This document shows, piece by piece, positions 23,050-32,099 of a stretch of DNA of 64,000 nt. Origin of the DNA: Deltaproteobacteria bacterium (GTDB taxonomy: Bacteria; Myxococcota; Myxococcia; Myxococcales; 40CM-4-68-19). A program made the position numbers and the translations under genes. The stretch lies in assembly GCA_005879315.1 (NCBI GenBank), contig VBLC01000036.1, positions 22,002 through 86,001 on the forward strand. Direction: 5' to 3'. Each line of letters starts with the position of its first letter. The first letter of the stretch is position 1. The notes under the pieces are model-generated. The model made no database searches. It was given only the letters and a program-made list of their open reading frames with translations, and had not been told where the DNA came from.

Positions 23050-24876
23050 ATGGCCAACGCATACCTGTTTCGCATCCCGCAGCCCGAGGCGCGCCGGATC
23101 GAGATCGAGCTTTCGCTGGAGGCGCGCGGCGCGCGGAGTCTCGATGTGCGGCTGCCGGTGTGGACGCCGGGCAGCTACCTGGTTCGCGAGCATCAGCGCC
23201 ATATCGATTCGCTGCGCGCGCAGGACGAGAGCGGGCGTGAGCTTCCGGTGGACAAGATCGACAAGCACACCTGGCGGGTGCAGTGCGAGCGCGCCCGCTC
23301 GGTGAAGGTCGCCTATCGGCTGCATTGCTTCGAGCTGACGGTGCGGACCAACCACGTCGACGCCACGCACGCCTTTCTCAATCCCAGCGCTGCGGCGATC
23401 TTCGCCGTCGGCCGCGAGGAAGAGCCCTGCACGGTGCGGCTGGCTCTCCCGCCGGGATGGCGCGCCTGGATGGCGCTGCCGGAGGAGGACGGCGCGTTCC
23501 GGGCCCAGGATTACGACGAGCTCGCCGACAGTCCCCTCGAGGCCGGTCCCGAAACCTCTCACTCCACCCATGGCTTCACTGCGCAAGGAGTCGAGCACCA
23601 GCTCGTGGTCTGGGGGCGCGGCGACTTCGAGGCGCGGAAGGTCATCCCCGACATCGTCAAGATCATCGACGGGGAGGCGGCCATCTTCGGCGGGCTGCCG
23701 TACAAGGACCGCTATCTCTTCATCCTCCATCTGAACGAGAAGGGCCGCGGCGGGCTCGAGCACCGACGGTCGTGCGCGCTGCTCGTGCCCCGATTTTCTT
23801 TCGTGCAGAAATCCTCGTACGAGGACTTCCTCCTGCTGGTCGCGCACGAGTTCTTCCATCTCTGGAACGTCAAGCGGCTGCGGCCCGCCGCCTTCACGCC
23901 GTACGACTGGACGCGCGAGAACCACACGCGGCTGCTCTGGGCGATGGAGGGATTCACCTCGACATACGAGGTGATCGCCCTGCGCCGCGCGGGCCTGGTC
24001 ACTGCGCAGCGCTTCCTGGAGATCTGGGCGGAGCGGATTTCACAGCTCCTCCGCACTCCGGGGCGGCTGCGGACGTCGCTCGCGCAAGCCTCCTACGACG
24101 CCTGGATCAAGCATTACCGGCCTGACGAGAGCAGCGCCAACACCACCGTCTCCTACTATCTCAAGGGCAGCATCGTCGGCCTGTTGCTCGACCTGGAGCT
24201 GCGCCGGCGCAGCGCCGGGACGCGATCGCTCGACGATCTGGTGCGCGCCCTTTTGCAGAAACATGGCCTGCCGCCGGGGTTGCCGGAGGATGGCGTGGAG
24301 CGCGCGGCCATCGAGTTGCTCGGCGCGGAACGCGGCAGCGCGACGCTGCACGAGTGGTTCCGGCGCGCGGTCCATTCGACGGAAGAGCTGCAGCTCGACG
24401 AGGCGCTCGCCGCCGTCGGCCTGAAAGCCGTCAGACGCGCTGCAAACAGCGCCGACGACAAGGGCGGCGCGGAGGTCGATCCCTCCAAGCTCGATGTCGA
24501 TAGCCCGCCCCGCGGGTGGCTGGGCGCGATCCTGCGCGACAGGCCCTCCGCGCTGGAGGTGGGCGCCGTGGTGGAGGGATCGCCCGCGCAGGCGGCCGGC
24601 GTGGCGGCGGGCGACGAGATCGCCGCCCTCGACGACTTCCGCAGCGAGATGAAGCAGCGGCTCGGCCGCGCCCAGCCCGGGCAGACGCTGCGGCTCTCGC
24701 TCTTCCGCATGGACGAGCTTCTCGAAGTGCCGGTCCAGCTTGGCGGCGCGCCGCGCGACACCGTGACTTTCGTCCCCGACGAGAAGGCGACCCCGGAGCA
24801 GCGAGCGCTGCGCGAACAGTGGCTAGGAGCCAAGTGGCCGGCCGAGGAGATTGCGCCGCGCCCTCGCGGCGAGTAA
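23050..24876 (+). CDS. M61 family glycyl aminopeptidase with C-terminal PDZ domain
   Basis: PVWTPGSYLVRE, YDELADSPLE, GGLEH, AHEFFHLWNVKRLRP (HExxH), LWAMEGFTS, SYYLKG, GSPAQAAGVAAGDEIAA (PDZ). Confidence 0.94.
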   Translation: MANAYLFRIPQPEARRIEIELSLEARGARSLDVRLPVWTPGSYLVREHQRHIDSLRAQDESGRELPVDKIDKHTWRVQCERARSVKVAYRLHCFELTVRTNHVDATHAFLNPSAAAIFAVGREEEPCTVRLALPPGWRAWMALPEEDGAFRAQDYDELADSPLEAGPETSHSTHGFTAQGVEHQLVVWGRGDFEARKVIPDIVKIIDGEAAIFGGLPYKDRYLFILHLNEKGRGGLEHRRSCALLVPRFSFVQKSSYEDFLLLVAHEFFHLWNVKRLRPAAFTPYDWTRENHTRLLWAMEGFTSTYEVIALRRAGLVTAQRFLEIWAERISQLLRTPGRLRTSLAQASYDAWIKHYRPDESSANTTVSYYLKGSIVGLLLDLELRRRSAGTRSLDDLVRALLQKHGLPPGLPEDGVERAAIELLGAERGSATLHEWFRRAVHSTEELQLDEALAAVGLKAVRRAANSADDKGGAEVDPSKLDVDSPPRGWLGAILRDRPSALEVGAVVEGSPAQAAGVAAGDEIAALDDFRSEMKQRLGRAQPGQTLRLSLFRMDELLEVPVQLGGAPRDTVTFVPDEKATPEQRALREQWLGAKWPAEEIAPRPRGE

Positions 24877-24886
24877 ACACGCCGCG

Positions 24887-25519
24887 ATGCGAGTCACGGA
24901 GATCTTCTTCAGCATCCAGGGCGAGTCGACGCTCGCGGGAGAGCCCTGCGTCTTCGTCCGCTTCACGGGCTGCGATCTCCGCTGCCAGTATTGCGATACC
25001 GAGTACGCCTTCTACGGCGGCCGGGCGATGTCGCGAGAGGAGATCCTCGCCGAAGTTGCCAGATATCCGGCGCGCTTCGTCTGCCTCACCGGCGGCGAGC
25101 CGACTCTGCAAAAAGAGTTGCCCGAGCTGGCGCGCGAGCTGCTGGAGGCGGGATACAAAGTCTCTCTCGAAACGCACGGCCAGCGGCCGCTGGAGGGCAT
25201 CCCGCAGGAAGTTCGCAAGATCGTCGATCTGAAGACTCCCGGCTCGCGCGAGCCGCACACCGACTTTAGCGAATTGTCGAAGCTCGGCCCGGGCGACGAG
25301 CTGAAAGTGGTGGTCTGCTCTCGCGACGACTTCGATTGGGCCCTCGAGCAGATCGATCGGCTGCGGCTGTGGGGCAGGGTGCCGGTGCTCTTCTCGCCTT
25401 CCTTCAGCGAAGTGGCGGCGAAAGATCTGGCGCAATGGCTCCTCGACAGCGGCAAGCCCGCCCGGCTGCAGCTGCAGCTGCACAAGATCATCTGGGGCGC
25501 CGACGCGCGCGGGGTGTAG
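24887..25519 (+). CDS. queE: 7-carboxy-7-deazaguanine synthase (radical SAM)
   Basis: VTEIFFSIQGES, FVRFTGCDLRCQYCDTEYAF (CxxxCxxC), LTGGEP, DLKTPGS, RLQLQLHKIIW. Confidence 0.9.
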   Translation: MRVTEIFFSIQGESTLAGEPCVFVRFTGCDLRCQYCDTEYAFYGGRAMSREEILAEVARYPARFVCLTGGEPTLQKELPELARELLEAGYKVSLETHGQRPLEGIPQEVRKIVDLKTPGSREPHTDFSELSKLGPGDELKVVVCSRDDFDWALEQIDRLRLWGRVPVLFSPSFSEVAAKDLAQWLLDSGKPARLQLQLHKIIWGADARGV

Positions 25520-26419
25520 ATGAAACGACCTTGCTACGTGGTCGACGCCTTCAGCGCCGAACCCTTCCTGGGCAATCCGGCCGGCGTGCTGCTCGAGGCC
25601 GCCGATCTCGACAGCGGCGCGATGCAGCGCATCGCCAATGAATTGAAGCACAGCGAGACCGCCTTTCCGCTCCCGGCGCGCGAGCCGACGACGGCGCTGC
25701 ACCTGCGCTGGTTCACTCCGGAGTCGGAAGTGGCCTTCTGCGGGCACGCCACGCTCGCCGCCTTCCACGTGCTGGTCGAGGAGGCGCGGCGCATTCGCGT
25801 GCCGGAGCAGGGGACGGTCCGCATCGCCTTCACCTGCAAGAGCGGCAAGCTGCAGGCCGAGCTGTCTCGGCAGAAGGGAAAGCTGCGCGTGCTCATCGAG
25901 ACGCCGGCGAGCCGGTTCGAACCCGCGCAGGTCCCTGCCGAGGTGCTCGCCGCGCTCGGCCTCGTGCCGGAGGTGCTCGATCCGAAAATCGCTCCGCAGC
26001 GCAGCGCCATTCTCGAGGGGAATCTCTATCTGTGCCTGCGCGACCATGAGGCCCTGGCTCGCTGCAAGCCCCAGGCACGCGAGCTGATCGCGCTCGGCAA
26101 GGAGATGGGCGTCGCCGGCTTCGTCGCCTACACCTTGAATCCGAAGGCGGGCGTCGATGTGGCCGTGCGCTGCTTCTTCCCCGGCTACGGCATCCTCGAG
26201 GATCCCGTGACGGGAAGCGCCGCCGGACAGCTGGGCGCGCTCCTTCAATCGGCGCTGCCGCAGGCCCTGCCGCGCAAGCTCGTCTTCACCCAGGGCGAGG
26301 AGATGGGCCGGCCCGGCCGCGTCGAGCTGGAAGTGCGGCCCGACGCGGCGCCCGGGAGCGTGCGCGGCTGGATCGGCGGCGCGGCCGTCACGGTGCTGCG
26401 CGGAGAGCTCGAGCTATGA
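25520..26419 (+). CDS. PhzF-family isomerase
   Basis: VDAFSAEPFLGNPAGV, MQRIANELKHSETAF, LRWFTPESEVAFCGHATLA, EDPVTGSAAG, QGEEMGRPG. Confidence 0.92.
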   Translation: MKRPCYVVDAFSAEPFLGNPAGVLLEAADLDSGAMQRIANELKHSETAFPLPAREPTTALHLRWFTPESEVAFCGHATLAAFHVLVEEARRIRVPEQGTVRIAFTCKSGKLQAELSRQKGKLRVLIETPASRFEPAQVPAEVLAALGLVPEVLDPKIAPQRSAILEGNLYLCLRDHEALARCKPQARELIALGKEMGVAGFVAYTLNPKAGVDVAVRCFFPGYGILEDPVTGSAAGQLGALLQSALPQALPRKLVFTQGEEMGRPGRVELEVRPDAAPGSVRGWIGGAAVTVLRGELEL

Positions 26420-27255
26420 ACGGCCGCAAGACCCGCCCGCGCAGCGAAGCGGCGCTGCGCCGGAGCGGGCCGCAGCTGCGCGATATCCACTCCGAGCGGG
26501 ACGAGCGCCGCCTCGCGCTCGATCGCGCCGGCGTCAAGGGCCTGCGCTATCCCATCTGTGTCCTCGACCGGCAGCGCGGCCAGCAGCACACCGTCGCCGA
26601 GATCGACATGAGCGTCTCCTTGCCCCACCGCCGCAAAGGGGCGCACATGAGCCGCTTCGTCGAGCTGCTCAATCGCCATCGGCGCGAGATCGACATCCGC
26701 AAGTTCCGCGCCCTCTGCGAAAGGCTGCGCAAGGACCACGAAGCGGAGGCGGCGCACGTCACCGTCCGCTTCCCCTATTTCATCGAGAAGAAAGCGCCGG
26801 TGACGCAGGCGCTCGGGCTGGTCGACTACGCTTGCACCTTCGGCGCCAGCGTCTCGCGCAGCGCATCGGACTTGTGGGTGGCGGTCGACGTCCCCGTCAC
26901 CAGCCTCTGCCCCTGCAGCAAGGCCATCAGCAAGCACGGCGCGCACAACCAGCGCTCGCTGGTGTCGGTCCGCGTCTGGTTCGCAAAATTCTTCTGGATC
27001 GAGGACCTCATCGCTCTGATCGAGGATTCGGCCAGCTCCGACCTCTATGCGCTCCTCAAGCGCCCGGACGAGAAGTACGTCACCGAGCGAGCGTACGAGC
27101 GGCCGCGGTTCGTCGAAGACCTCGTCCGCGAGGTGGGCATGCGCCTGCGCGCGGACGCGAATTTCACCCGCTGGGAGGCCGAGGCGGAGAGCTTCGAGTC
27201 CATCCACGCACACAGCGCCTACGCCCGCCTGTCCTTCGAGCGGAAACATTCTTGA
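26416..27255 (+). CDS. folE2: GTP cyclohydrolase I type IB (FolE2/MptA)
   Basis: RAGVKGLRYP, KGAHMSRF, VPVTSLCPCSK, GAHNQRS, KRPDEKYVTERAY, FVEDLVR, ESIHAHSAYA. Confidence 0.94.
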   Translation: MNGRKTRPRSEAALRRSGPQLRDIHSERDERRLALDRAGVKGLRYPICVLDRQRGQQHTVAEIDMSVSLPHRRKGAHMSRFVELLNRHRREIDIRKFRALCERLRKDHEAEAAHVTVRFPYFIEKKAPVTQALGLVDYACTFGASVSRSASDLWVAVDVPVTSLCPCSKAISKHGAHNQRSLVSVRVWFAKFFWIEDLIALIEDSASSDLYALLKRPDEKYVTERAYERPRFVEDLVREVGMRLRADANFTRWEAEAESFESIHAHSAYARLSFERKHS

Positions 27256-27288
27256 CCGGGTCGGCTTTTCCGAGGGACGCTCCGCGCC

Positions 27289-27852
27289 ATGCTGATGGTC
27301 CTCCTGGCTTCGGTCTATCTCAACGGCGTCAACATCGACGGCCTGCGCTCGCAGACTTTCGAGAAGTGCCGCAGCGTCAAGATCGACGATCGCGGCGACG
27401 TGCGCCTCGACTGCCCCGCCTATCAGGTGGAGTCGCAGCCGACGCCGGCGGGCGCGCCCCCGCCGCCGCTGGCGACGGCGGGATTGGCGACCTCGATCAC
27501 CAAGCATTACTGGCTGGTCACCGAGCAGAACGACGGCGCCGCCGCGCAGTACGACGTCGACGTCTTCGTCAATTCCAAGTGGGTCCGCAAGGTGAAGAGC
27601 GGCGATGGGCAGATGGTGCTGGAGATCACCAAGTACCTGCAGCCGGGAGCCAACAAGGTGCTCTTCGCCGCCACCAAGCACCTCGAGGCGGGCCGCAAGA
27701 GCACGGCGGCCGGCTCCTACGTGAAGTTCATCGTCGGCGAGGGGGAGGCGGGCGGCAACAACGTCATGATCGACAACCCGCTCATCGAGATGAAGCGCAG
27801 CGCCGCCGAGACCGACAACCTCAACGAAGAGTTCACCATCCAGGGACGGTGA
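27289..27852 (+). CDS. hypothetical secreted protein
   Basis: Short hydrophobic N-terminus, beta-rich body, coding-like codon usage. Its TGA overlaps the next ATG. Confidence 0.7.
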   Translation: MLMVLLASVYLNGVNIDGLRSQTFEKCRSVKIDDRGDVRLDCPAYQVESQPTPAGAPPPPLATAGLATSITKHYWLVTEQNDGAAAQYDVDVFVNSKWVRKVKSGDGQMVLEITKYLQPGANKVLFAATKHLEAGRKSTAAGSYVKFIVGEGEAGGNNVMIDNPLIEMKRSAAETDNLNEEFTIQGR

Positions 27853-29036
27853 TGCTCCAGGAAGATCCGCGCCGCACGCACCTGCCCGCCGTCCTCTCGC
27901 GCATCGCCGCGCTCTACGAGGGCACCAATCAGCCGGTGGTGCAGCCCGCCGGGCGCACCGCGCAGCCGGCGCTGGCGGTGGTGGCGGCCCTCAACGCTCC
28001 GCGCGGCTTCGAGGTGGTGGTGGCGCTGACCTTGTCCGAGTCGGGCGAGCACGTCATCTACACCGGCCCGCCCGTCGCCGAGAAGGATCTTCCTCAGGCC
28101 ATCGAGGAGGCGCTCAACTTCGCCGAGAGCATGGGCTTCATCCTCGATGCCACCGGCTGGAACAACCTCGACGCGGCACGCCGGGCCGAGCTGGTCGAGC
28201 GCATCGCCATCTTCCGGCCGCCGGTACCAAAGTCGGCCGCTCCGCTGGCGAAGCCGAAGGCGGAGGATCCGATCGCGGCGGTGGCGCGGCTCTTCGCTGC
28301 CTTCTCCTTCCTGCTGCTCATCTCTTGTGGCGGCCTCACCGCAGAGCAGCGCGCGCAGAATGCGGAAGTCCACTGGCAGCTGGGCGACAACCTCATCTCG
28401 CAGCAGGATCCGCAGCAAGCGCTCCGCGAGTACCTGGTCTCGCTCGACTACGACGAGACGCCCGAGGCGCACAACGGCGCCGGGCTGATCTACTCCTGGT
28501 CGTTGGGCCGGCCGCAGGATGGCGAGAAGGAGTTCAAGCGCGCGCTGGAGATGCGGCCGGACTACAGCGAGGCGTTGACCAACCTCGGCGCGCTCTACCT
28601 CTCTCGCGAGCGATATGCCGATGCCATTCCGGTTCTGGAAAAGGCCGCCAAGGACCCCCTCTACAAGTCGCGCATCCTCGCGCAGAGCAACCTCGGCTGG
28701 GCCCTCCACAAGTCGGGCCAGAGCGAGAGGGGCATCTCGGAGATCCGCGGCGCGCTGCAGGTGGCTCCCAAATACTGCCTCGGTTGGCGGCAGCTCGGCA
28801 CCATCTTCTCGGAGAAGGGCAAGCTCGACGAGGCCAGCACCGCCTTTGCCCGCTACGCCGAGGAATGTCCCGACGTGGCCGACGCCCATTATCTCTTGGG
28901 AAAGATCCTCGCCCGCCGCTCCAAGGCGGCCGAGGCGCGCGCCGAGTTCGAGCGCTGCGCCATTCCCAAGCAGGACAAGGACAAGCCGCTGGCGGCCGAG
29001 TGCGCGAAGTTCCTCAAGGAGATGGGGACACCCTGA
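27852..29036 (+). CDS. tgl: N-terminal cytoplasmic domain fused in frame to a Tgl/PilF-like TPR pilotin lipoprotein
   Basis: The ~143 aa N-domain contains EEALNFAESMGF. It is followed by ARLFAAFSFLLLISC (lipobox, Cys at 28326) and TPRs (AHNGAGLIY, YSEALTNLGALY, AQSNLGWA, YCLGWRQLG, DAHYLLG). The adjacent RodZ-like HTH and recO fit a myxobacterial tgl locus as I recall it. Confidence 0.75.
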   Translation: MLQEDPRRTHLPAVLSRIAALYEGTNQPVVQPAGRTAQPALAVVAALNAPRGFEVVVALTLSESGEHVIYTGPPVAEKDLPQAIEEALNFAESMGFILDATGWNNLDAARRAELVERIAIFRPPVPKSAAPLAKPKAEDPIAAVARLFAAFSFLLLISCGGLTAEQRAQNAEVHWQLGDNLISQQDPQQALREYLVSLDYDETPEAHNGAGLIYSWSLGRPQDGEKEFKRALEMRPDYSEALTNLGALYLSRERYADAIPVLEKAAKDPLYKSRILAQSNLGWALHKSGQSERGISEIRGALQVAPKYCLGWRQLGTIFSEKGKLDEASTAFARYAEECPDVADAHYLLGKILARRSKAAEARAEFERCAIPKQDKDKPLAAECAKFLKEMGTP

Positions 29037-29398
29037 GCTTCGGCGCTTATCTCAAGCGCAGTCGGGCGCTGCGGGAGCTGTCCGCCGAGCAGGTGGCCCG
29101 CCTGACCCGGCTGCCCCTGCGCATCGTCACGGCGCTCGAGGCGGAGGACTGGCCGGCGCTGCAGGATCGAAGGCACGCTCTCTTCGTCGCGCGCTCCTGC
29201 GCCTCGGCCATCGGGCTCGACCCGGACGAGACGGCGCTGCGGCTGGAGGAGGAGTTGCAGCTCTCGCAGCCGCCCCTGCCGCAGCGGACGCCGCTGTGGA
29301 AGAGGCTCTGGCAGTCGCGGCCGCGCGAGCCCGCGGTCTGGCTCGTGCTCTGCCTGACGGCGGCCGCCTGCCTGTCGGTTCTGCTCCTGCGGCGTTAG
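29033..29398 (+). CDS. RodZ-like helix-turn-helix protein with C-terminal TM
   Basis: SFGAYLKRSRALRELSAEQVARLTRLPLRIVTALEAED (HTH_25-like) and a terminal TM. The CTG start overlaps the previous stop (CTGA). Confidence 0.8.
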   Translation: MSFGAYLKRSRALRELSAEQVARLTRLPLRIVTALEAEDWPALQDRRHALFVARSCASAIGLDPDETALRLEEELQLSQPPLPQRTPLWKRLWQSRPREPAVWLVLCLTAAACLSVLLLRR

Positions 29399-29401
29399 GA
29401 T
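29396..29401 (+). promoter_or_regulatory. putative -10 box of recO (leaderless)
   Basis: TAGGAT (includes the upstream TAG stop)-6 nt-GTG 29408. CTGTCG lies 18 nt upstream. Confidence 0.5.
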
Positions 29402-29407
29402 CGCGCC

Positions 29408-30196
29408 GTGGACTTGCGCGCGCACAGGGTGGAAGCGCTGGTGCTGCGGGCCATCCCTTACGGGGAATCGGACGCGGTGGTCCACCTGCTCGTGCTCGGT
29501 CACGGGCGCATTCCCGCCTTCGCTCGCGGGGCGCGGACCTCGCGCAAGCGATTCGGCGGCGCGCTGGAGGTCTTCACCCGCATCGAGGCGCTGCTCAAGG
29601 AAGGCCCCGAGCTGTGGGCGCTGCGCGAGGCGACCGTGCTGGAGGCCCACGCGCGGCTGCGCGACGATCTGCACCGCATCGCCCACGCGGGATACGCGAC
29701 CGAGCTGGTGCACGAGCTGACCCGCGCGGGAGAGCCGGCCGACGCGCTCTTCGTCCTTCTCGAAGAATTCCTCGCGCGGCTCGAGAGAGGTCCCGCCACC
29801 AGCGCGCGGCTGCGGGCGCTCGAGCTTCTCGCGCTGGCCGCGTCGGGTCTGGCGCCGGAGCTGGGCGCCTGTGCGCGCTGTGGCGGGGAGGTCGCGCCCG
29901 GACGGGCCGCTTTCGATCCCGATGCGGGCGGCACCGTCTGCGCGAAATGCGTCGTCGACGGCGCGCTGCTCCTCACGGTCGGATCGCGCGCGGCTCTGCG
30001 GCAGCTGCGCCAGCTCGGGCTTGCCGCGGCAGACGCGCCGCTTTCGGCCGATGGTTCGGGCAGACCGGCCGACGCCCGCGCTTTCGAAGCTGCCGCAGCG
30101 CAGGCGGCGGCGCCGCTCGCGGCCTTCTTGCGCCACCACCTCGGCCGCGCGCTCGGCAGCGCCGGCTTCCTCGACCAGGTGGGCGCGCCTCAGTAA
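29408..30196 (+). CDS. recO: DNA repair protein RecO
   Basis: ALVLRAIPYGESDAVVHLL, ARGARTSRKRFGGALE, zinc finger CARC...GGTVCAKC. Confidence 0.93.
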   Translation: MDLRAHRVEALVLRAIPYGESDAVVHLLVLGHGRIPAFARGARTSRKRFGGALEVFTRIEALLKEGPELWALREATVLEAHARLRDDLHRIAHAGYATELVHELTRAGEPADALFVLLEEFLARLERGPATSARLRALELLALAASGLAPELGACARCGGEVAPGRAAFDPDAGGTVCAKCVVDGALLLTVGSRAALRQLRQLGLAAADAPLSADGSGRPADARAFEAAAAQAAAPLAAFLRHHLGRALGSAGFLDQVGAPQ

Positions 30197-32079
30197 CGGA
30201 AGGTCGAAGCGAGAAAGAAATAGGCGAAGAACTGGTTCACCGGCGCGGGCTTGAATCCGGTCGGGTCGATGATGCCTGTCGGGTCATTGGGGACTGCGTC
30301 CTCGCCGGAGCCATAGGCGATCGACATTCCCAGCCGGGAGATGGCGTGCAGGCCGATGAGGCCGAGCGTGACGGTGCCGCCGTAGAGCGAGACGCGCGGC
30401 TGCCGGCTCGAGCCCGGCGCCAGCGTTCCGTCGGGTTGGAGAGAGAAGGCGGGCGCTCCGCTGCGGTCGGTGAAGAACCCGAGCGCGATGGAGTAGTCGG
30501 GGCTGAGCAGGTACTCGCCCCCGGCGTTGAAGTCGACCACCGGCAACCGCTCGATGTGGTCCTGGAGCCGCAGGCGTTGAGCGATCTCCGGCTTGACGCT
30601 GAAGCGGTCGTAGCTCGTCCCGAGATGGCCGGTCAGCTGCGCGGTGGCGGTCCATCGGTGCGGCGCGATCCACGCCGCGGCGAGGCGCACCATCGCCGGA
30701 ACATAGGTGCGGCTCGGGACGTCCCGGCTGGAGTCGATGTTCACCTGCGCGGCGCTGCCCGGGGCGCTGACCACGTCCTGTACGCTGACGGTCCCGGTGG
30801 AGTTGACGAAGATGCCGGGCAAACCCACCGAAGCCCCGAAGAGCCATTCCTCCGAGTACCGGTACTTGGCGCCGAGGAGTCCGACGATGTTGCCGTTCTG
30901 GAAGGAGGCGTTGGCGTGATAGACGCCGACCGCCGGATTCGCGCTGGTCGGACGCGAGAGAGCGTCTTCGGAAGTGTCGAAGAGCCGCAGCACGTAGTGC
31001 AGCGCGAAGCCGAGATTGAGGTGCGGATTGAAGCGAGCGGCAACGCCGGCGGCGAGGTCGAAGGTGCGGTCGGTCACGCGCGTGTGCACTTCGAAGGGGT
31101 CGCTGGCGTCGATGCCGTAGGAGCGATAGGCCGGCACGGTGACGTCGAAGCCATAGGCGAAAGGAGTGCCGCGCTCGTCGACCGGGCCGACGCCCTTGAT
31201 CAGCCCCGCCTCGCCGGGAATGACGTTCAGGGTGTTGAGGCCGGCGATGGAGAAGGTGCCGCGGTCGATCTGGATGGCCCCGCGGCTCTGCCGCTCGATG
31301 CCATAGAGCGAAGCGGAAACGCTGACGTTGAGACGGCGCGAGTCGCAGATGCCGGCGGGGTTGTAGGAGAGGCCGCTCGGATCGTCGGAGAGCGCGGCGA
31401 AGGCGCCGCCCAGCGCGAGCGCCCGCGAGCCCACCGGATAGTCCTGGTAGCGCGAGTCGTCGGCGCGGGCGGGGAGGGCGCAAAAAAGCAAAGCGAGGGC
31501 GAGCGCCTTCCACAGCGCGACGGCGGCCGCAGCCGGGTCCTTCGCGCCGAGGACGGAGCGGATGCAGGCCACGCCGCGCGCGCCCGCGTCGATGCAGCGC
31601 GAGGCGTTGGTGACATCGACACCGCCGAGGGCGAAGACGGGCTTGGAGGTCGCGCGCGCGGCAGCTTGCAGAGCTTGCAGGCCGACGGCCGGGCCTTTGC
31701 CGGGCGTGTCGAAGACGGGTCCGAAGACCAGGAAGTCGGCCTCGCTCGCCGCGGCCACCTCGGCCGCACTGTGGCAGCTCGCGCCGACGAGGCCGACCAG
31801 TTTCCTGGCTTCGCCGGGCGGGAGGCCGCGCGCCGGCAAATGCACGCCGTCCGCGCCGGCTGCCACCGCTATGTCCGCGCGATCATTGATCAAGAGCGGC
31901 GCTGCGAATTTTGTACAAATTGCACGCAGCGCCCGCGCCCGGTCCAGGAGCAGCCGCGCTGGGGTCGAAGGCTGCCGCAACTGCACGCCCGCCGCTCCGC
32001 GCGGCAGGACGGAGAGCGCGGCCTCGACGGCCGGCAGGGGATCCTTCTCCTCGGGCGTGATCAGGTAGATGCGCAACAC
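30190..32079 (-). CDS. thiE: thiamine-phosphate synthase (aa 1-~189) in frame with a signal peptide and a FadL/OmpP1-like outer-membrane beta-barrel
   Basis: ThiE motifs YLIT, VQLRQ, INDRADIA, ADGVHL, ASCH, FGPVFDTPGK, PVFALGGV. Then KALALALLFCALPARA/D, GSRALALGGAFAALSDDPSGLSYNPAG (FadL-family N-terminus) and an aromatic C-terminal beta-signal FLASTFRY. No stop between the domains. Confidence 0.85.
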   Translation of the reverse strand: MLRIYLITPEEKDPLPAVEAALSVLPRGAAGVQLRQPSTPARLLLDRARALRAICTKFAAPLLINDRADIAVAAGADGVHLPARGLPPGEARKLVGLVGASCHSAAEVAAASEADFLVFGPVFDTPGKGPAVGLQALQAAARATSKPVFALGGVDVTNASRCIDAGARGVACIRSVLGAKDPAAAAVALWKALALALLFCALPARADDSRYQDYPVGSRALALGGAFAALSDDPSGLSYNPAGICDSRRLNVSVSASLYGIERQSRGAIQIDRGTFSIAGLNTLNVIPGEAGLIKGVGPVDERGTPFAYGFDVTVPAYRSYGIDASDPFEVHTRVTDRTFDLAAGVAARFNPHLNLGFALHYVLRLFDTSEDALSRPTSANPAVGVYHANASFQNGNIVGLLGAKYRYSEEWLFGASVGLPGIFVNSTGTVSVQDVVSAPGSAAQVNIDSSRDVPSRTYVPAMVRLAAAWIAPHRWTATAQLTGHLGTSYDRFSVKPEIAQRLRLQDHIERLPVVDFNAGGEYLLSPDYSIALGFFTDRSGAPAFSLQPDGTLAPGSSRQPRVSLYGGTVTLGLIGLHAISRLGMSIAYGSGEDAVPNDPTGIIDPTGFKPAPVNQFFAYFFLASTFRY

Positions 32080-32099
32080 GGGCTCTACCTTCGTCTTGG

